A DNA stretch of 64,000 nucleotides from positions 75,109 through 139,108 of the forward strand of contig CAVTEN010000004.1 in assembly GCA_963733715.1 (NCBI GenBank), in the 5' to 3' direction. This stretch comes from an uncultured delta proteobacterium. GTDB lineage: Bacteria; Desulfobacterota; Binatia; Binatales; Binataceae. Position 1 is the first letter of the stretch, and each line of letters opens with the position of its first letter. Below are positions 57,482-64,000 of this stretch, piece by piece. The position numbers were made by a program, and so were the translations under genes. The notes beneath the pieces are model-generated. The model made no database searches. It was not told the origin of the DNA and saw nothing but the letters and a program-made list of their open reading frames with translations.

Positions 57482-58595
57482 CAGCGGCCTCCTGCGGCGG
57501 CGGAAGCTGTGGTCGCTCGCGCCCTGAAAATGAGGCATCACTTCTTTCGCGAACAGGCGCAATCGAGTCGAGCACCTTTTGCTGCGGCACGGTTTCGAGC
57601 GCGTTCAGCAGGAAGTTCACGCGATCGCAGCCGACCGCCTCCCACTTCTTCATCTCGCGCAAAATGCGCGCGGGATTTCCAATCGCGATCCCCTCGGGCG
57701 CACCGGACGCATCGCCCGGCCCGGCCGCATCCTGACGCAGCGAAGGCAGCAGTCCGAGCGACGGATACGATTTGCTCGGATATGCCTCGCGCGCGGCGAG
57801 CAACTGCGCGGCGAGATAGTTGAAGGTGCCGGTGAGGCGCTTGCCCACCTTGACGCCTTCGGCGTCGTCTTCATGACAATAGAGAAAGTTCACGGTCGAG
57901 ACGGCTTCGTTGACGACATCGCCGACCGGAGTGCAGTTCTGAATGATCTTGCGATAGCGCTTGACCTTCTCGTCCTGCTCGGCGAATCCGCCGAAGGTCA
58001 GCCCGAGGCTGCCCATCCCGCGCTCGGCCGCGTCGATCTCAGTGCCGGGACTGGTGACCGCGACCCACAGCGGCGGATGCGGTTTCTGATACGGCTTGGG
58101 CACGATCGTCCGCTGCGGCATCGACCATGACCGTCCCTGATACGAGAAGCGCTCCTGCGTCCACATTTTCGGCAGGCAATGGACGAACTCGTCCCAGGTT
58201 TTCTTGGTCTCGTCGGGACTCGCGCGAAATCCTGCCAGTTCGGTCCAGGTTGCGGATCGGCCCGTGCCAACATCGAGACGGCCGCCGGACAGAATGTCGA
58301 GCACGGCGGTGCGCTCGGCGATTTTTATCGGATGATTGAACTCGGGCACGCATACCACGATGCCGTGACCGACGCGCATTTTCTTGGTCTTCATCGCGCA
58401 CGCGGTCAGGAACAACTCGGGCGCGGGGCAATGCGAATATTCTTCGAGGAAGTGATGCTCGACGGCCCACACAGAATCGAAGCCGAGCGAATCGGCGAGA
58501 GCGACCTGCTCGAGGCAGTTGTCGTACACGTTTTTTTCGGTTTCGCGCCCCCATGGTCGCGGTACCGAGATTTCATAGAAGAGGCCGAATTTCAT
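57482..58595 (-). pseudogene. LLM-class (luciferase-like) flavin-dependent oxidoreductase, 3' end frame-broken and unresolved
   Basis: MKFGLFYEISVPRPW..SVWAVEHHFLEEYSH..GGRLDVGTGRS.. reads to ..QQKVLDS. The conserved LRLFAKEVMPHFQG is in the next frame (shift near 57556-57562). No in-frame stop before the ADC-like ATG. Confidence 0.75.
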
Positions 58596-58682
58596 AGCAT
58601 TACCTCCATACCGTTCGTTTAGCGCAATCGCAGCGAGATCGAAAGTCCCGTGAGCGGGGAAGGGTAAATCACTTTATTTAAT

Positions 58683-58736
58683 GTGAAACCCGCGGTGGGT
58701 TTCCCTCTTCCTTCGGCAGGGGTGACCCCTGCACCC
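58683..58736 (+). repeat. Family A double-hairpin repeat, copy 3
   Basis: GTGAAACCCGCGGTGGGTTTCCCTCTTCCTTCGGCAGGGGTGACCCCTGCACCC. Confidence 0.85.
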
Positions 58737-58750
58737 AGTGCTTCTTAGCT

Positions 58751-58792
58751 CCGGTTCCCCTTCCCACTATGGGAAGGGGTTAGGGGTTAGGT
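58751..58792 (+). repeat. Family B repeat
   Basis: CCGGTTCCCCTTCCCACTATGGGAAGGGGTTAGGGGTTAGGT, directly after a family A copy. Confidence 0.85.
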
Positions 58793-58844
58793 TGTTCTAT
58801 GCCATCGACCCGCCAGATGCATCATCAATGCTCCTGTATATCGC

Positions 58845-58873
58845 TTGACATATGTTGATTCCAAGCTTTAAAT
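58845..58873 (+). promoter_or_regulatory. Candidate sigma-70 promoter for the HMGL-like synthase gene
   Basis: TTGACA (58845-58850), a 17-nt spacer, then TTAAAT (58868-58873). ATG at 58893, preceded by GAGG. Confidence 0.45.
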
Positions 58874-58892
58874 CAGAGTCGAGGACTCTCCA

Positions 58893-60238
58893 ATGAAACA
58901 CGAACTAATCGACGTGGCCGAGCCGAATCTTCTCCGCGATCAATTCCCCTACGACGCAGTGCCGCGAATAATCTTCGACGGCGAGTTCGAAAAACCAGAC
59001 CCCGCGCCGGATTTTTTTATCACCGACACAACCTTCCGCGACGGACAGCAGGCGCGTCCTCCCTACACCGCCGGCGCAAATCGTCGCGATGTTCGACATG
59101 CTGCATCGCCTCGGCGGTCCCAACGGCGTTATCCGGCAGACCGAGTTTTTCCTGTACTCGAAGACCGATCGCGAGGCGGTGAATCGATGCCTCGCGCGCG
59201 GCTACGAGTTTCCCGAAGTGACAGGATGGATTCGCGCGGTGAAGGCGGACTTCAAGATCGTGAAGGAGATGGGCCTGCGCGAGACCGGGATTCTGACCTC
59301 GGCGTCCGACTACCACATTTTCAACAAGCTCAAGAAAACGCGGCGCGCTGCAATGGAGGATTACCTGGAGATTGTGAACGCGGCGCTCGATGCGGGCCTC
59401 AAAATCCGCTGCCATCTCGAGGACGCGACGCGCGCGGACTTTTACGGCTTCGTCGTGCCGTTCGTGTCCAAGCTGATGGAACTCGGCGATGGGGCAGGGC
59501 TACCCGTCAAGATTCGCGTCTGCGACACGCTCGGATTCGGCGTGCCCTATCCGGGAGTTGCGCTGCCGCGCAGCGTGCCGAAGCTGATTTTGGGACTGCG
59601 TCGCGAATGCGGCGTGAAGCCGGAGCAGCTCGAATGGCACGGGCACAACGACTTCCACAAAGTGCTCGCCAACGCGACTGCCGCATGGCTCTACGGATGC
59701 ATGTACGCCAACGGTACCATCCTCGGCTATGGCGAGCGCACAGGAAATCCTCCGCTGGAAGGGCTGGTGATGGACTACGTCTCGCTCAAGGGCGACGCCA
59801 ACGGAATGGATCTGTCGGTGATCACCGAAATCGCGGAGTACTTCGAGCGCGAAGCGGGCTACCGGATTCCGGCTAACTATCCGTTCGTCGGGCGCGACTT
59901 CAACGTGACGCGCGCGGGGATTCATGCCGACGGATTGCTGAAGGACGAGGAAATTTACAACGTCTTCGACACGGCGAAGATTCTAGGCCGGCCGCCGCGC
60001 GTCGCGGTGGACAAAACCTCCGGCGTGGCGGGTATCGCGTGGTGGATCAATTCGTACTTCGGTCTCGCGCGCGGCGCGCAAGTCGAAAAGCGCTCAGCCC
60101 GAGGTGATGGAGATCGCAAAGTGGGTCGACGCCCAGTACGACGACGGCCGCACCACCTCGATTTCCGATCAGGAGATGGAGGCGCAGGTGCGGCGGCACA
60201 TGCCGCGGCTGTTCGAGAGTGCTCGGCTAGCCGGATAG
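58893..60238 (+). pseudogene. HMGL-like 2-oxoacid:acetyl-CoA condensing enzyme (LeuA/CimA/NifV/Re-citrate-synthase family), two frame breaks as assembled
   Basis: FFITDTTFRDGQQARPPYT | PAQIVAMFDMLHRLGG..ASDYHIFNKL..LEWHGHNDFHKVLANA..GERTGNPPLE..AGIHADGLLK.. | QPEVMEIAKWVDAQYDDGRTTSISDQEM..*. Shifts near 59068-59071 and 60086-60097 (A4 run). Stop at 60236-60238. Confidence 0.75.
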
Positions 60239-60264
60239 CGCGTCCGACTCTGTCTTAGTACTAA

Positions 60265-60317
60265 GGTGCAGGGGTTACCCCTGCCCAAGGAAGTGTGAAA
60301 CCCACGGCGGGTTTCAC
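60265..60317 (-). repeat. Family A double-hairpin repeat, copy 4 (inverted)
   Basis: GGTGCAGGGGTTACCCCTGCCCAAGGAAGTGTGAAACCCACGGCGGGTTTCAC, between convergent stops 60238 and 60319. Confidence 0.85.
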
Positions 60318-60318
60318 A

Positions 60319-61545
60319 TTAAATCGAAGAGTGGAGGTCGCGGCCTTTGCGCTCGCGGCCGAGCAGGATGACGACGGCGGCCAGGACCATCACGATTGCG
60401 GCGACGCTTGCGAGCGTCGCGGCGTAACCGAATTTTTCCGCCAGCAGTGCCTGGCTAACGGCGGCTCCGGAAGCCATCAAGACGCCAGTCTGATACGCAA
60501 GTCCTGAAAAAAGGCCGCGAACTTCCGGCGGCGAGAGCTCCGTCAGATGCGCCGGGATGACGCCCCATGCGCCCTGCACCATGAACTGCATCAGGAACGC
60601 GCCGAGCGTCAGCACCGCGAGCGTCGAGGGATAAATCCACAGCGGGATGACGAGGCCGGCGCAGATCACCGCCGTCGCCATCGTGCGGCGACGTCCCCAT
60701 CGATCGGAAAAATAGCCGAAGGTCAGGCCGCCGAGCAGCGCGCCTACATTGTAGATGAGCGCGATGGTCGCGACGGTGCGGGTATCGAAGCCGCGCGTCT
60801 TTTCGAGGAAGGTCGGGTACATGTCCTGGGTGCCGTGCGAGACGAAATTCATCATCGTCATCAGCGCGCACAGGTAGATGAACAATTTCCAGTTGGCGCG
60901 AACTGCCTTGCCGATCTTCGCTCTGTCCGGACGCGTGCGCTGCCATGCCTCGGACTCCGGCACCTTGGTGCGGATGTAGATCGTCAGCAGCGCGGGCGCG
61001 CCGCCGAGGAAGAACATCGCGCGCCATCCGAAATGCGGGAAGACGAAGAAGAACGCGGCCGCCGCGAGCAAATATCCGACCGCATAGCCCTCCTGCAGGA
61101 GTCCTGAAAAGAATCCGCGCCATCGCGGCGCGACCGCTTCCATCGCGAGCGACGCGCCCACGCCCCATTCGCCGCCCATCCCGATTCCGTACAGCGCGCG
61201 CATCGCCAGGAACCATCCGTAGCTCGGCGCGAGGCCGCTCAGCACTTCGACGACCGAATAGAAGATGACGTCGATCATCAGCGGGATGCGGCGGCCGTAG
61301 CGGTCCGCCATCCAGCCGAAGATGAGCGCGCCGACGGGCCGCAGCGCGAGCGTCGCGGTGATCGTGAACGCGATGTGCGAGATGGGGCGATGGAATTCGC
61401 GCGCGACCGCGGGCATCACGAAGATCAGGATGAAGAAATCGAAGGCGTCGAGCGCCCAGCCGAGAAAGCTCGCGAGCAGAGTATGCGCGGCCTCGGCCGA
61501 AGTGATCGCGCGGACAGGCTCGAGGGTGGGTGCGGCAGCGTCCAT
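60319..61545 (-). CDS. MFS transporter
   Basis: ATG 61543-61545 (MDAAAPT). GWMADRYGRRIPL, 12 TM-like segments, FSDRWGRRRTM. TTG 61554 is also possible. Confidence 0.85.
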   Translation of the reverse strand: MDAAAPTLEPVRAITSAEAAHTLLASFLGWALDAFDFFILIFVMPAVAREFHRPISHIAFTITATLALRPVGALIFGWMADRYGRRIPLMIDVIFYSVVEVLSGLAPSYGWFLAMRALYGIGMGGEWGVGASLAMEAVAPRWRGFFSGLLQEGYAVGYLLAAAAFFFVFPHFGWRAMFFLGGAPALLTIYIRTKVPESEAWQRTRPDRAKIGKAVRANWKLFIYLCALMTMMNFVSHGTQDMYPTFLEKTRGFDTRTVATIALIYNVGALLGGLTFGYFSDRWGRRRTMATAVICAGLVIPLWIYPSTLAVLTLGAFLMQFMVQGAWGVIPAHLTELSPPEVRGLFSGLAYQTGVLMASGAAVSQALLAEKFGYAATLASVAAIVMVLAAVVILLGRERKGRDLHSSI

Positions 61546-61754
61546 GGCGAGCAATGATTATTCGAACCGAGCGATTTGTCATTCGAAATGGTCCGAGAAC
61601 GAGCAACGCGGCTGTGTCATCCTGACGAAGCGAGCATCGCGAGCTGATGGCAAGCGAACCTCGGACAGCTTCGCGCGAGCGAAGCCGGTTCCGGTTTCCG
61701 AAATCGCGCAGCGGTCCTTTTATTGCGATGCGGCATTGCGAATGACGCGAGCGA

Positions 61755-61800
61755 CCTAACCCCTAACCCCTTCCCATAGTGGAGAAGGCAGGAACAATCG
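61755..61800 (-). repeat. Family B repeat (inverted, degenerate palindrome)
   Basis: CCTAACCCCTAACCCCTTCCCATAGTGGAGAAGGCAGGAACAATCG. Confidence 0.75.
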
Positions 61801-61832
61801 CGGATTGGAGTTTCGAAGTTCGTGAAATCGGG

Positions 61833-62907
61833 TCACGCCGCTTCTTTGCGGCTGCCGGCGTATTCCTTTCTGTAGACCCGCAGCAGGGCCGCGAAGACCG
61901 ACATGATTGCGGGGCCGAGGAACAGGCCGAGCGGGCCGTAGGCTTCGAGGCCGCCGAGAATTCCGAGGAACAGCGCTATCGTCGGCAGGCCGGTGCCGTG
62001 CTTCATCGCCAGTGGCTTGATGAAGTTGTCGATGACGGCGAGCGCTACCGAGCACCAGATGAGCAGGCCGACCGCCGCCGACCAGCTGGCCGCGAAGCCC
62101 AGGTAGATCATCGCGGGTATCCAGACCAGCGCGGTGCCGCCGATTGGCATCAGGCCGGCAGCCGCCGACGCGATCGCGAGGAACAGCCAGTACGGCACGC
62201 CGAAGATCAGCATCCCGATGCCGATCGATACGCCCTGCAGCACGGCGGTCAGCATCAGGCCGCGCATCACCGACGAGAGAGTCGTGCGCAGGGTGTCGAA
62301 AATCGCCTTCTTGTCGTCGTCATGCAGCGGGGTCAGGTCGCGCAGACTCTTGTAGTAGTAGTCGCCGTCGCGCAGCAGGTAGAAGAACGCGAGCAGCGCG
62401 ATACCGAAATCGACGATGAACCCGAGGATATTTTTCGCGGCGTGGGTCGCATTCGCGGCGACGTAATTGCTGGTTATTTGCGCCGCTTGCAGAGTCAGCT
62501 TGGGCAGCTCTTCGTCGAGCTTGTAGCCGCGCGCCTCCATTTTTTTTGCGATCCATGCGCCGAGATCGGTGTTGACCGCCCAGTCGTGCAGCTTTGTCAC
62601 GCCGCCTGTATTCACCATCACGGTGGCCTGCGTGTAGAGCGCCTGCGCTTCGACGACAAGGCGTCCCGAGGCCCAGATGGCAGGCAGGATGACGACGAGA
62701 GCGACGACGATGCTGATGATCGCGGTCGAGAGCGATCGCCGCTTGACGTACCTTTTCGACTTCGATCAGCGCCGGATGCGCCATGAAGGCGAGCAGCATT
62801 CCCCACGCCAGCGGCGTCAGGAACGGCAGCATCAACTGGTACAGCTCGTAGGCCATCAGGGCCAGGAAGCCGAAGAAGAAGAGCTGCACCAGGCGCTCGC
62901 GATCCAT
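61833..62907 (-). pseudogene. AI-2E family (PerM/UPF0118) transporter, frame broken as assembled
   Basis: ATG 62905-62907 gives MDRERLVQLFFFGFLALMAYELYQLMLPFLTPLAWGMLLAFMAHPALIEVEKVRQ, then RRSLSTAIISIVVALVVILPAIW.. joining ORF 61833..62621 (..VIDNFIKPLAMKHGTGLP..). The shift is near 62745-62755. Confidence 0.75.
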
Positions 62908-63084
62908 TTTCTGAGGCGTGGCGATCCTCCGTTGCGCGCGCGATACTTGGCGCGAAATCCTAGCAGATGCCCCCGCTACGGTCGCCTGTCGAGCGGCGGC
63001 GAAACAGGCGGTGCGTTCCTGGGGATATGGTCCCCGGCGCGGAAATTTGGCAATCTGCTGCGGTAAGAACTTAGAGACGTAGCG

Positions 63085-63262
63085 ATGCTTGTTCGGCAGT
63101 TGAAAATTCGGCGAAAAACTCGGCGGCCAGACCATGACCGAGTACGCCCTCATACTCGCTGGGCTGGCACTCGTCGCCTACGGGCTGAGCCCGACATCGG
63201 GTTACAACTTCCTCGACGATGCGATTACGGGCTTGATCGGCAAAGTCACATCGATGCTGTAG
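63085..63262 (+). pseudogene. flp: Orphan Flp-family prepilin, leader frame-shifted in an A4 run
   Basis: ATG 63085 gives MLVRQLK. After ttgaaaattc the next frame reads FGEKLGGQTMTEYALILAGLALVAYGLSPTSGYNFLDDAITGLIGKVTSML* (stop 63260-63262). Removing one A restores a complete prepilin. Confidence 0.65.
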
Positions 63263-63376
63263 AGAATCGGATAAGCGTCGGGTATCCACCACGCGAATCT
63301 TTGGTTGCCCGCCAACGCATAATCGGTTACCGTCAGCGTTTGCTTGATGTGTTTAAACAATACCCCTCGCCCGTGA

Positions 63377-63451
63377 AGGCACGTAGCTCAGTGGGAGAGC
63401 GCTTCCTTGACACGGAAGAGGTCGGCGGTTCAATCCCGCCCGTGCCTACCA
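63377..63451 (+). tRNA. tRNA-Val (GAC)
   Basis: AGGCACG-TA-GCTCAGTGGGAGAGC-G-CTTCC-TTGACAC-GGAAG-AGGTC-GGCGGTTCAATCCCGCC-CGTGCCT-A-CCA. Confidence 0.93.
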
Positions 63452-63522
63452 GGTCCGTGCCCACAACCGCGTGCGCGTTTCTCGCCTCGCCAGTTTTTCG
63501 CGATGATTAAATTTTTCGCTTG

Positions 63523-64000
63523 ATGAGTTCCCAAGTAACCGTAACCGTCGGCGGCGAAGCGCGCGTCGTGCCGGTTGGCACTGTCGTTCGCGACGTGCTG
63601 AATGGGATTCCAAGCCGCGACCTGGTGGCCGCGCGCGTCGACGGCAAGGTCGTCGACCTCACGCGCAAGCTCGATCACGATGCGGCAGTCGAGCCGGTGA
63701 CAGCCGACTCGCCCGAGGGTCTCGACGTTATCCGTCATTCGACCGCTCATCTGATGGCGATGGCGGTGCAGTCGCTCTATCCCGGCACGCAGGTGACGAT
63801 TGGTCCGGTTATCGAAGACGGCTTTTTCTACGACTTCGCGCCGCCTGCGCCGTTCACCGTCGAGGATTTGCCGAAGATCGAAGCGAAGATGCGCGAGTTG
63901 GCGAAGGCCGACCACAAGATCACGCGGACCGAAATCGCGCGCGAAGACGCAATCCGAAAATTCTCTGAGATGGGCGAGAAGTACAAGGTCGAGATAATCC
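63523..64000 (+). CDS. thrS: Threonine--tRNA ligase (N-terminal part; continues beyond the window)
   Basis: Not in the ORF track (no stop before the window end). MSSQVTVTVGGEARVVPVGTVVRDVL (TGS domain) ..DVIRHSTAHLMAMAVQSLYPGTQVTIGPVIEDGFFYDF. Confidence 0.88.
   Translation, partial: MSSQVTVTVGGEARVVPVGTVVRDVLNGIPSRDLVAARVDGKVVDLTRKLDHDAAVEPVTADSPEGLDVIRHSTAHLMAMAVQSLYPGTQVTIGPVIEDGFFYDFAPPAPFTVEDLPKIEAKMRELAKADHKITRTEIAREDAIRKFSEMGEKYKVEII

Overview
GC-rich 64-kb chromosomal segment of a Gram-negative bacterium. The gene content looks like an uncultivated Deltaproteobacteria- or Binatota-type genome, but that is only a guess. Most of the window is housekeeping or metabolic: GST, PhaC, lutB-lutC-lutA, queG, erpA, fabG-like and other SDRs, cysS, ltaE, an APC permease, a FAD monooxygenase, NUDIX, an MFS transporter, an AI-2E transporter and thrS.

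Four blocks stand out.
1. A heme/siroheme cluster at 34.3-41.0 kb: hemB convergent with sirC, a ccsA-like gene, hemA, hemC and a cobA-hemD fusion.
2. A complete Tad/Flp pilus locus at 41.0-50.7 kb: cpaB, cpaC, tadZ, tadA, tadB and tadC. Its four tandem flp pilin genes (56 codons each) are missing from the ORF track because they fall below the size cut-off. A sigma-54 enhancer-binding response regulator flanks the locus, and a well-spaced -24/-12 promoter candidate lies upstream of flp1. A fifth, orphan flp sits at 63.1 kb.
3. An exbB-exbD-exbD operon whose fourth gene has a TonB-like N-terminal anchor but a VWA domain where the TonB C-terminal domain would be. This is my best candidate for an undescribed module.
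4. An IS110-family element with structured non-coding flanks.

The window also holds two tRNAs (Asn-GTT, Val-GAC) and at least five families of palindromic REP/MITE-like repeats. Some of these repeats are read through by coding frames. There are no rRNA genes and no CRISPR array.

Caveat: at least 14 conserved genes, including the normally essential cysS, are frame-broken as assembled. I think consensus indel error is the more likely cause, but I cannot prove it from the sequence. All functional calls come from reading the translations by eye. No database search was run.
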